A DNA stretch of 64,000 nt from Selaginella moellendorffii (lineage: Eukaryota > Plantae > Lycopodiophyta): NCBI RefSeq assembly GCF_000143415.4, contig NW_003314268.1, positions 604,128 to 668,127 of the forward strand, read 5' to 3'. Positions 45,501-57,099 of this stretch are shown here, one piece after another (position 1 is the stretch's first letter; every line of letters begins with the position of its first letter). Under the pieces are notes generated by a model. It did no database searches. It saw only the letters and a list, made by a program, of their open reading frames with translations, and was not told where the DNA came from. Both the position numbers and the translations under genes were made by a program.

Positions 45501-48500
45501 TTTTAATTTTGAAAGGCATGGAGACCTCCTTTTAAGCTTGAATAAAAAGCAATGTCACCTACTCCTCAAGGAAATATAAGATGTTAGTTGACAATTTGTA
45601 TCTATGTAGATAAGGTACTAGAAGCATGCCATAAGTCACACCTACTAGTCAAAACATTTAAATCTCTTAGTCACCTAATACCGAGTGTTTTGCCTATAAA
45701 TCTTTATAGATGGCAAAAATGCCTAGATGTGGAGGAAATCTCATTTAGTGACAAAGAATTTGATTATAGCTAAGTAAAACTATTTAGGGAGTTTGTGCTT
45801 TCTCCCTATGACAAGTTTTTGCTTAATGCTTTTGGGTTACTTGCCTATGCAAAGTTGTTTAAAGGAGAAATATTAATTGAGCAAGAGATCAAGCTCATGC
45901 AAAAATAATACCCAATAAAGCATGCATTTATCTTTTGTAGGCAAATCCATCCTTTTGGATTCACCTAGTTTACTCAAATTTTTTGCGTAAACAACAAGGG
46001 CAAAATAATCATGACGAGCAAGAAGGATTGCATGCTTGATTAATACGTCCTTCTTGATTACACATCCAGATGAGGAAGTAACTTCACTTATTTGAAACCC
46101 AACTATCATATTAGGCTTAAGGTGTTATGTGCCATCATCAATGGGAGGACGGTTACACAAAATGCTAGTATTAAAATAGCTCATGTATTGGAAGCTATTG
46201 AGATTGGATAGTAAATAAACATAACTCATTTCATTTACAATAAATTTGTGGCCCAAATGAAAAATGTTGCCTTACAAGTAGGCAAGGGAAGGCAAGTGAA
46301 GATAGGAGTTTTCATCTTTTTATGGCACATTTATGAACATTACACTGCTTAGGAGAATCTTATGCCTCACCTTACCATTGAGCAACCACCTTTAGTATCT
46401 CTTCTGGTCGAGATAGCAAAGGATGTGGATGTGGAGAAAAATCCCAATAATATGGATTCAAGAGAGGAAAATTCTCCCCTCAGAAAAAAACTTGTTTAAA
46501 TCCAAAAATCCACCTTCAGAGTTTGTTCTGCAAAAATTTAGTAGCTGAGTATGCCATATTAAAGCTAAACATAACAATTATAGTGATAAAACGCTACACC
46601 TAGATCAGAAACAAAGTTGTGACTTGTCTATATCTACAAAGACAACCCCAATGCCAATACAAATCTCTCCAAGCATCGGGGAAGTGATAAGTACATAAAT
46701 GGACAATACTAAGCAAACAATAGATGCCAAAGTTGTGAAAGAAATTCCACAACTTAGGCCATAAAGTCTAACATACAATATGCCTATAGATGTCATAAAA
46801 CCATTGCCTATAAACACAACTAATGAGGTGAGTTTATGCCAAGAAGATCATGGCTAAGAAACTCAATGGGATGAAGAAAATGAAGTTACAAAAGAGGATC
46901 TAGATGAATTGGAGGAATATAGGCTAAGTCTTCTCTAGTTCACCTACACATCCAATAGTGACACACCCTTGGCTGATCAGTCTAGCGAGATGAGGCAGCT
47001 GTAGCAGTAGCAGATGCTGCAGCAACACTACAAGGTCAAGGCTAGTCACGTCTTTGCTCACAAGATCACAAGTCAGTCAAGTGAGTTAGTAGTTCAAAGC
47101 TTTATGAAAGAGCTCGCTCAACATATCAAGGGAGGAGGCAAGTAGCTAGTTGACAAGCCAATACAACCCTTAAAAGATGAAGAAACAGCAAAATACCACA
47201 TGTAGGTCTTGAGCTACCTCAAGACAATCACCAAAAAAGTGGATGGAGTCATAAACGAATAGAATTATTAATGCCACATAATCCAAGAACTCAAGACTGC
47301 AATCCTGGCTTCCACATCCACATCCACTGATGTAGAGTGCATTAGCCGCCAGGATAAATGCATCATAATGCTCAACTAAGAAAATTAGATTATATGTCAG
47401 AAACTTGACAATCTACGCCAAAGCGTTGAGCTTATTACTATGAAGACCAAGCTCAGTAACCTGGAGCAAGATTTGGAGAATCCAACTGCATGAGGACAGA
47501 CAATATCTTTGTCATAGGGAATAATGAAGAGGTAAATGTTTTATCTTGTATATCATCCCAGGTAGAGCAAAAGAAAAAAGCTTAGATGAAATTTAGTTAC
47601 ATCTAAGCTTAAAAAAGATTTAACCACTTGTCATAAATAAACGTGAAGTAGTTAGGAATAATTATAAAATCATGTAATATATAAGTAGCACTTAGATGTG
47701 CTAGAAAATAACCCCCACTCACTGTTGTATGCATTTGTATTGAATTAACCATTTTTTCTCCTGCTTATGATTATTTGTGCAAAGTAGGGTTAAGAGATAT
47801 ATATTTATCCTTACTTACACTTTTAAGGTTTGAAACTGAGTTCTCTTTTATTCTCTTCTCATTCTTTTTTTCTTTCCTATGTTTTTATCTCTATTTGTTT
47901 ATCACTATTTTGCAACCAGAGGCAAGAACATAAGTACAAGAAAAAAAAGCCTTACTCAGAATAATAGAAAACTTCTTTTTATAATAATGAATTGAGAAAA
48001 TAAACACTAAATGAACTGGTGTTAAATAAACCTCTTGATGGTATTCTTGAAAGAAGGATAGAGGGGTCATTGACTTATTTATGCAAAAACTTTCCACTAC
48101 TCGCAAAAATTTGCTTTTTCTAGAAGAATCTTTATGTCAAGACCTTCCATTATAATAGCACCAATAGGATGGCGTTGATGCCAACACCTCCATCTAGGAA
48201 ATGGAGGATGCTAATCTACAAAACACCAATAATGCTAATATGTGTAGCCAATCTTATCATACACTCAATAATAGATATCACAACCATGACTCTGTCCTTT
48301 CCTTTGTCCTTAAATACGGGTAATGACAACATCAACCTTCATTGGAACAAGATCATTTCCCACAGAAAGTGAAACTAAAGTACATGCAATAATAAGTGGG
48401 AGAGATGATGTATCATAGTGTTATACCAGTTGAAAAACATTATCAACAATTGCTAAAGCAAGTGCATGCATAAGTTTTACAAAATTTTGACAAAGCATTA

Positions 48501-50108
48501 GCCACAACATTCCTAACTTGATCTGCTCTGATATATTTAGCTCTACATGAAAAAAAAAAGATTTAGAAGTAAATACTAAATTGCATAACTAACTTAGACG
48601 ACCTCTGATAGAGATAATGCAATCACTGAAAGGCATCATCATAATCATTAGCATGTCCAAATGTGTATTTAAAAACATCTGGGAGGAGACTCTAATTCAC
48701 ATGAGTGGTTGCACTTAAACTATTATATAATACCGTTCCTTGGAAATATGTGGAAAACTTGTGTAAATGCCAAGCATTATCTCATGAATAATAGTTGGTA
48801 ATCACCATAAAATGATTGAACTAATAGTACATATTATCCCTAGAAATCTTATAAAGGAACTCTGGCCAGATGTCGGAGTTGGCAACAAGAGCATAAGTTG
48901 CACTATGCATGCAACTATCAACTGAGTTTAATTGTTCAATTACAACCTTATAACATTAAATAATTATACCAATTGTTATTCCATAGTTAAAGAAAGAGAA
49001 GGTAGTTACTCTCTATGAAGATGAATAAAAAGAAGATGAAAATTTGCAAAAGCTACAAAAATAAGAGAAATTTAGATGATACAAAAGCTAGATCTAAATA
49101 AAAATGCATAAATTTAAGCATTTAGGGATAGTTGAAGATGTCACTCATTTCCACCAATGTAATTGCATGGAATATAAAAATATGCATATTCAATTAGCTT
49201 AAAAACCTTAATTTATATACAGGAGCAAGAGGTCCAGATTAAAACTAATCCAATGGTTACTAAAATCCCATTATGCTAAAAATAGTATACACCATTGTAG
49301 TTATATACTTGGACCTCACAATATGTTTTAAATGCTTTTGTGACCAATAAATAATATAGTATTGTAATTAGCTATAATATATAAAAATTTAAAATCCATC
49401 AAACTTTTTAAAAATTTAGTAGCTAAATTTATTGTAGCAAATCATAAATATTTTTTATTTTAATTAAACTATGGAATTATTCATGTTACTTGGTAGCCTA
49501 TAAAACACTAAAGTGTCTAGCAAACTTGTATGGTAGTGAATATACCTATAATATGCTTGGATATTGCAGGATATTCTACCATTTAACAGTTGTTATTCAT
49601 TGAGATTAATCTTGTACTTATAATTTATAAACATGTTTATCATTTATAAACTTTCTTAAACCCTTTTTAGTATATTCTTTTTATTCTATCATCTAATGGT
49701 TGATATGCAATAAGATTAATCTTGTGACAAACATGATTATAATTATAAACTTTATTTGATAAATTGGATTAATAAGTACCATTAAGCAAACCAAGCATTG
49801 CTATATGCAACATGTAGCAATTTTTTTAATATCACAACTTAAATCTTAAGTTAAATATGATATATTTTTGAATGTAATTATGTGTAATGAATTTGTATTG
49901 AAGCTTTGTGATTACATTATTAAATGCATTTAGTAGTAATCTGAGATTTTGCTAGACATGATGACAACTGAATTCATGATGAAAACTTTAATAAGTACCC
50001 AATACCATTATTTAACTGCTAAAATTTTAATTTAACTTAGTTTCTGATCTTAAAAAGGAATTACATGCTATGCTATATAAATAGCAGTACAGAAAAAGTA
50101 AATAGCTC

Positions 50109-52022
50109 TTACTTTGCTTCTTCTACAACATTAACATTGTTTTGATATCTAGAAGATCCTAGCAAACACCTCCAATCTGTAATATCTGGAGTGTAGGGCA
50201 TATTCTTCACAAGCTCCTCTGCTTCTACTAAATGCCCAGCCCTACCAAGCAAATCTGTCATGCACGAGTAAATCTGTCTATTTGGTTTTACATCCTGATC
50301 ATTAATCATGTATACAAAGCATTTTACACCAACTAAGACACTTCCGGAGTGGCTACAAGCAATGAGAATTGAAATAAAAGAGCTCTCAGTTAATCTAGTG
50401 CCTTCCAAATCCATAGACTTAGCCAAAGTCAAGCTTTTATGCAAATACCCAGCTTGAGCATATATAGCAAGCATGGCATTCCAAGAAATACCATCTTGTT
50501 CTGGCATTGTATCTAAGGTCTTCCTGGCTTTTTTGAGTAGTCCTCTTTGGCCAAATGCTGTGAGCATGCTTGTCCATGAAAGCATATCATGCTCCTCCAT
50601 TGAGTCAAACACAAGTTTTGCTTCTTCAAGGAATCCATGTTGGGAATAGGCAGCTAGAATTGAATTCCAAGTGATCAAGTTTTTCTCAGGCATGTTCTCA
50701 AATAAACACTTTGCTTCATCCATATGCCCTCTTTGAGCATAAGCTGTGATCAGAGCTGTCCATGACACTACATCATGCACCGGCATCATCTCAAACAAGA
50801 TCTTTGCATTCTCAATTTTATCCTGTTTGACATAAGCAGCCATCATTCCATTCCAGCTTACAGTGTTCCTATCTTCCATCCCCTCAAATAATTTATTAGC
50901 ATCTTCAACATGCCCATTTTGGGCATATGCTGTAAGCATTGCATTCCAAGATATGACATTCTTTTCTTCCATGCTATAAAAAATACTCTTAGATTTTTCC
51001 AAATCACCTTTTTGAGCATAAGCCGAGAGGAGAATATTACAAGATACAGAATCATGGCGTGGCATCCTGGAAAACATTTCTTCTGCTGATGGAAGATGCC
51101 CGTTATAAGTATATGCCACTAGCATGGCATTCCACGTCACTATATTCCTCTCAGGCATATCATAGAAAAGATTTTGGGCTTCTGTCAAAAGGCCTTTGTG
51201 GGCATAAAGAAAGAGCATTGAGTTTAATGTGACAATGTCATGGACTGGCTGCTTGTGGAACAATCTTATAGACTCCCGAAGATGCCCTCTCTGAGAATAT
51301 CCTGACAGCATTGCGTTCCATGCAACTAGATTCCTCAGTGGCATGGAATCAAACAAGGCTTGAGCTTCAGGAAGAAGCTCGGCTTGGGAATATGCCACCA
51401 ACATGGTTGTGCTTGAAACCATACTATGCTCTGGCATCATAAGATAAATCAGCTTTGCACTCTCCAGATGCCCGTTTTGCGCATATGCTGCAAGCATGGT
51501 GTTCCAAGTTATAAGATTTCTATTTTGCATGCCATCAAAAATGTTTCTAGCTTCTTCAACTTTCCCGTTTTTTGCATAGATCGTGATCATAGTTGTGAAT
51601 GTAAAAATATCTCTTTCTGGGAACTTATCAAAGAGAGCCACAGCTTCGACAAGATACCCTTTCAAGGAATATGCAGCAAGCATTGCATTCAAAACAATAA
51701 GATTCCAAAGCGGCATTTGATCAAAGAGCTGTCTAGCGTAATTCAAGTTCCCAGACCGAACAAACGCGTTGATCATATGTGCATAGGAAAAAATATCTTT
51801 GTTGCTAAGGGCCAGAAAGACCGAATGAGCAAGATCAAAGCTCCCACATCGATCATACATTTGTATGATCATGTTATGGACGTGGGTACCATTGCCCATC
51901 ACAAGGTCTTTGCTGAAGCTTACTTGGGCATGGATGCGTTTCGCTTGGGGTAGCGTCTTGCAAGACCGAATTATCTCAAGACTCAGTCCCCCAAGTTGTT
52001 GGCAAATGCCCAAACCGGGCAT
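50109..52022 (-). CDS. PLS-class pentatricopeptide repeat protein, AT-rich, with a shortened E domain
   Basis: 637-aa ORF of tandem PPR motifs ending ...WRCLLGSSRYQNNVNVVEEAK*. Confidence 0.88.
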   Translation of the reverse strand: MPGLGICQQLGGLSLEIIRSCKTLPQAKRIHAQVSFSKDLVMGNGTHVHNMIIQMYDRCGSFDLAHSVFLALSNKDIFSYAHMINAFVRSGNLNYARQLFDQMPLWNLIVLNAMLAAYSLKGYLVEAVALFDKFPERDIFTFTTMITIYAKNGKVEEARNIFDGMQNRNLITWNTMLAAYAQNGHLESAKLIYLMMPEHSMVSSTTMLVAYSQAELLPEAQALFDSMPLRNLVAWNAMLSGYSQRGHLRESIRLFHKQPVHDIVTLNSMLFLYAHKGLLTEAQNLFYDMPERNIVTWNAMLVAYTYNGHLPSAEEMFSRMPRHDSVSCNILLSAYAQKGDLEKSKSIFYSMEEKNVISWNAMLTAYAQNGHVEDANKLFEGMEDRNTVSWNGMMAAYVKQDKIENAKILFEMMPVHDVVSWTALITAYAQRGHMDEAKCLFENMPEKNLITWNSILAAYSQHGFLEEAKLVFDSMEEHDMLSWTSMLTAFGQRGLLKKARKTLDTMPEQDGISWNAMLAIYAQAGYLHKSLTLAKSMDLEGTRLTESSFISILIACSHSGSVLVGVKCFVYMINDQDVKPNRQIYSCMTDLLGRAGHLVEAEELVKNMPYTPDITDWRCLLGSSRYQNNVNVVEEAK

Positions 52023-52583
52023 TTTGGTGGAATCTAAAAACTATCTACAAAATTGTGGTCCACGACTTCTATATCTACACCAATCATTAATATTATTGTT
52101 AATTACTATTTTAGCATATCCAGAATAAAGTTTATTGAAGTCTTCTAGCGCACGTGATGCTTGCTGTGGCGGTTGAGAGGAAATTCAAATAACTAACCAT
52201 TTGTTATCTTAATTCATACTTACTTAGCATAATTATGATTAAGGGAAAAAGAGGTACTTTAGGGTTTATCATGGATACTTTACAGGGAGAGCAAAGCGAG
52301 CGTCGGTGCTAGTGGCTTTAAATGGGCGCCAGGCGTACGGCATTGTCTCTGTCGCGAGTCGCTACTTGATCCGATCGTAGGTTGCCGCCCCAGATCATCG
52401 CTTTCATCCATTGCCGCGTGCGAGCGCCGCTGTAAAATCGTTTCTTGGAGCCAGCCAGGTAACACGAGCTCCTCTCTAGATCGTCTTTCTTTCTCCAGGG
52501 TTTTGCCAGAGATTCCTGGCTCTCAGATCTCCGGTGATGCGTATTTCGGGGGATTGAATCGCTCGTCGTGTGTTCTTGCGCAG

Positions 52584-54666
52584 ATGGCCAAAGATCTGGG
52601 TGCGTCGTCCCCGAAATATCACCAGATCGTGGACAAGAAGCGCAGCTACACGCGTTTCTTGCTCACGGCGCTATGCTGCCTCGCTTTCTACCTCATCGGT
52701 GCCTGGCAGAACAGCTCCAAGGTCCACATTGATTCCACCACCGTCTCCTACTCTACCGGATGCGGCGCGCTGGATTTCCAGGCTCACCACTCGGCATCGG
52801 CAACGGCAGCGTCGAAAATCTCTTCGTCTTCCGCCCTGGATCCCTCCACCGCTCCAGTTCCAGCCTGCGACATGGGATTCAGCGAGCACACGCCCTGCCA
52901 GGATGCCAAGCGCTCGCTCCAGTTCGATCGAGCGCGGCTGGTGTATCGAGAGAGGCACTGCCCGTCCGACAGCGAGAAGCTCCAGTGCTTGGTTCCAGCT
53001 CCGGTGGGCTACAAGAATCCTTTCTCGTGGCCCAAGAGCCGGGACTACGCATGGTTTGCCAATGTTCCTCACAAGGAACTTACGGTGGAGAAGGCCATCC
53101 AGAACTGGATCCAGTACGAGGGCGATAGGTTCTTCTTTCCAGGTGGTGGAACCATGTTTCCTCGCGGTGCCGATGCCTACATTGACGATATCAACTCCAT
53201 TCTTCCGCTCACGGATGGGACCATTCGAACAGCTCTTGACACTGGCTGTGGTGTAAGTGTTCTAGTTTCTTTTTTGGTTTGATCCTCTTGTTTTGACTTT
53301 GTGTTGTTCGATCCAGGTTGCTAGCTGGGGAGCTTATCTCCTCAAGAGAGGGATACTCACAATGTCGTTTGCTCCGAGGGACACTCACGAAGGCCAAGTT
53401 CAGTTTGCGTTGGAGCGAGGAATTCCTGCGATGATCGGCATCATGGCTTCTCAGAGACTGCCTTATCCCGCGAGAGCATTCGACATGGCTCACTGTTCTC
53501 GATGTCTCATTCCTTGGACTGCTTATGGTAGGTTTTAGTTGATACTTCCTTTTCTTCCATAGATAAGATATATTACAACACCATTCCAGATGGCCTCTAC
53601 TTGATCGAGGTTGACCGTGTTCTTCGTCCCGGTGGCTACTGGATCCTGTCTGGGCCTCCTGTCAACTGGAAGCTGCACTGGAAAAGCTGGCAGAGGACCA
53701 AAGAGGACCTGAGTGGGGAGATGACCGCGATCGAGAATATGGCGAAGAGCTTGTGCTGGAAAAAAATTGCAGAGAAAGGGAACCTTGCAATCTGGCAGAA
53801 ACCGAAAGATCACACCGACTGCTCCAATGGTCCCGAGTTCTGTGACAAAGAGCAGGATCCTGATCTTGCCTGGTACGTAAGATTTTAAGTGTCAAGCCGC
53901 TCGTGAGAACTGCGCTTCTTTGTTTCAGGTACAAGCCTATGGAGGCATGCATTTCGAAACTCCCGGAAGCTGACCAAAGCGAAGATCTACCAAGGTGGCC
54001 CTCTCGGCTAACCACGACACCATCACGAATCTCCAGCGGCTCACTATCCAGTGAAGACAGCTTCAGCTCCGATACCCAACTCTGGTTGCAGAGAGCCTCG
54101 TACTACAAGAAGACGGTGCTACCAGTGCTTTCTTCGGGAAGGTACCGTAACATCATGGACATGAACTCCGGACTTGGAGGATTCGCGGCGGCACTTTCAA
54201 TGAACAGCAAAATGTGGGTGATGAACGTAGTCCCCCACCACCACCAGCACAAAACTCTGGGAGTCGTCTACGAGCGGGGCCTCATCGGCGTGTACCACGA
54301 CTGGTGCGAGGCATTCTCGACGTATCCCAGGACTTACGACTTGATCCACGCTGATAACGTCTTCAGCCTCTACAAGGACCGGTGAGTTGATTGCTCGGTT
54401 TTAACTTAATGTGTTCTAACGTGGCTGCTTGTGTTATTAGATGCGAGATGAAAGACATCCTGATCGAGATGGACAGGATCTTACGTCCCGAAGGAGCCGT
54501 GATCGTCCGGGACCAAGTCGACACTCTCAACCGAGTGAAGCGGATCATGACCAGCATCCGGTGGCAGAGCAAAATGTACGACCACGAGAGCGGGCCTTTC
54601 AACACCGAGAAGGTCCTGGTCGCAGTGAAAACTTACTGGGTAGGAAGTTCCAATTCGACTCTGTAG
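52584..54666 (+). CDS. DUF248/Methyltransf_29 putative pectin methyltransferase (PMT family); exons 52584-53252, 53317-53527, 53590-53872, 53929-54381, 54441-54666
   Basis: N-terminal [58 protein letters not shown] and [10 protein letters not shown]. Four GT-AG introns of 56-64 bp. Confidence 0.94.
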
Positions 54667-54760
54667 CCTTCGGTGAGCCTGCTCGTATTTTTGTTCTGGT
54701 TCCCTGCTGGCTTGTCAACTCATTTTTTTCTTACGTGATCTAAGAAGTTCCTTTTCCGTT

Positions 54761-56233
54761 TTACGTCTCCTCGGCTTCGCAAAACCTCGCCTTTCGTCGC
54801 TGCACAATCTTCACAGGTTGCTCCCTCTCCCGGATTGTGGGAAACAGGCTCCGGCACTGGATCCGGGCCCCATTCACCAGTACCCAAGTCACGAACGAGA
54901 CGCTCGCGCAGAGAGACATCTTCCACAGCCACCCGGGTCCCGGCTGCCGGTTGTTTTCTACTTCCTCGTCCTTCGATCCTTTGGCCGCGGCTGCCTGTTG
55001 CTCGATCACTTTCCTTATTTCTAACTGCACCCTGTCTTCCAGGCTAGCTTTCTCTTCCTCGGACAGAGCTTCGTGACGATCCACCGAAGAAGAAGAAGAA
55101 GACTCCAACACTGTGGTGGAGTTGGAGTTGGAGTTGGAGTTTTCAGTGGCCACTGCCTGCTGCTGCTGCTTGCTCGCGAAGCTCTCGATCTGTTCCTTGG
55201 TGGTCCGTTCCCAGTTGCTGGAAGATGAGGAAGACGCTCCAGCGTGGTGAGGAGAGATCCTCTCCGGCGCCTCCGGCGATGATCGGTACGTAGTAGCTTG
55301 AGTTTGCTCCTCCTCGTCGTCTAACCGTGCGAGGCTTTTGTAGGCACTGTCGAGCCAAGCAGGCATTTCCGGAGAAAAGCTCTGCTCCATCACCTCAGCC
55401 TGGTTCATCGTCGATGAATCGAGCTGGCACCTCGTTCCACTCGAGAACATCATCCTGGGAGGAAGAAGGAGCTCTTCTTCCTCCACCGTTGGGAAAGCCA
55501 TTGGAGCCTTGCCTCGCCTCTCGCCATTCTCTTCCGGAGCCTTTCCTTTCTTCCTTCGCAGCTCTCTCTCCTCGATCTTGCTCAAGACACCATCTTCTCG
55601 CCTTCCCTGTTCTTCCATCTCATCCTCTCGCCTCCCCGTTTCTACAAACTCTCCTCCTCTATCCAAAGCTCCTCCTCCATCTCCTCCACCGCCACCATCT
55701 AAACCCCGATCTTCATCCAGAAACCATTCCACCTCCTCTATGTCCGAGATAAACTTGTTCTTGCTGGCAATTGGTGACGCACAAGTGATCATATTCTTTG
55801 GACTGGGTCGATCGCTGCTACTGCTACTGTTCTTCCCGGCGCTGGAGTTCACGCCCAAGACCTGTTCCAGATTCTTGCTAGAAGTGATCTCCGGCTCCAA
55901 GAACGAGCCTTTGATGAGATACGTCCTCGGTGTCTCGGACTCCATCTCCTTTGCCGGATAGCTCTTCTCGCACTTTTCCATCTCTTTCGCTGGAAGGATT
56001 GTCTCGCACTTCGGGCTGGGCGATTGAGAAGCGCACCTGGGAGTGGTGCCGCCGCTCCGGGAGCTCTCCCTGGCGGTGGCGCATCGGGATTTGGCCTTGC
56101 CGCCCGCCGCCGCGATCAATTTCGCCGCCTCGCTCTTGCTCTTGCGGAGCTCGCTCGTCCCCAGTGAAAGGATTGGATCGTCGCTACCTGCGGTGTAGAG
56201 ATTGGCGCCGGATTCCGGGTGCTTGCTCCTCAT
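54761..56233 (-). CDS. Uncharacterised ~490-aa Ser/Glu-rich protein with a C-terminal hydrophobic segment
   Basis: Long intronless GC-rich ORF. ATG at 56233 lies downstream of a telo-box (AAACCCTA, ~56294) and a TGGGCC site II motif. Confidence 0.7.
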   Translation of the reverse strand: MRSKHPESGANLYTAGSDDPILSLGTSELRKSKSEAAKLIAAAGGKAKSRCATARESSRSGGTTPRCASQSPSPKCETILPAKEMEKCEKSYPAKEMESETPRTYLIKGSFLEPEITSSKNLEQVLGVNSSAGKNSSSSSDRPSPKNMITCASPIASKNKFISDIEEVEWFLDEDRGLDGGGGGDGGGALDRGGEFVETGRREDEMEEQGRREDGVLSKIEERELRRKKGKAPEENGERRGKAPMAFPTVEEEELLLPPRMMFSSGTRCQLDSSTMNQAEVMEQSFSPEMPAWLDSAYKSLARLDDEEEQTQATTYRSSPEAPERISPHHAGASSSSSSNWERTTKEQIESFASKQQQQAVATENSNSNSNSTTVLESSSSSSVDRHEALSEEEKASLEDRVQLEIRKVIEQQAAAAKGSKDEEVENNRQPGPGWLWKMSLCASVSFVTWVLVNGARIQCRSLFPTIREREQPVKIVQRRKARFCEAEET

Positions 56234-57099
56234 TGGATCGATCGACGAGAAGAATGTGACGCGGACGCGAACTTTCCCCTTGTTCCTAGCAAGAAACCCT
56301 AGAAGTGTGTAAGCCCTATCAACAAGCGCGCCCCTTGAACCTGGGCCATGCAAAAGTGGACGGCGCGGATGTTGCCACGCAAGCAGCTCCAACGGCTTCG
56401 TTTTTACAAACACTTTTTTACGTGTAGCCTGATTGATTTTCCGTATATAACAAACCAATCAAATGGAGCTAAATTATTTAGTTGACATGTGGCGGATGAT
56501 GAACACGTAACGTATTTTCCTACTTTTCTGTGTGGGTGTCCAAACCATGTGAAATCGCTTGATGGATTTGAAAACCTCGATGTTGTGCCATCAGTCTTTA
56601 TGTGGAACACAGAAACACATCCTTGCAATCTTTCTTTCCATCGCTTTGGGAACTTGGGGAAAGTTTGTCCCTAATCCCGGGTTTTGAAGATCCAGGTAAT
56701 CGTGCGTTTGTATGATTTCCTAACTCAATGGTCTAGGCCTTCCCTAAATGGTTTCATAGCAATTGATGTTGTAGACAATGACTCCGATATGAGAGAGAGA
56801 CACAAGAATAGAAGCGTGAGTATGTTATCACAAACCATTCAATCTCAAAACCTGTAGAAGAAAAAGGCTGGAATTTTCGTGATAAATCTTAACTGTTAGA
56901 TTAGGATTTTTAGCATTCAGATGCTTAAAAACCAAAAAGTTTGCAAGTCAACAGTATTTTGAGACCACGCGGAATGACCCAGTCGCTTGATTGCGATTCA
57001 TATGACCCCTAGATCGAGCACGAGCTCGAATAGAGAATCCACACTTCAATCAATGCAAACGCAGTGATCGCGCTGGTGGTCTAATCCTCAATCTCTTCC

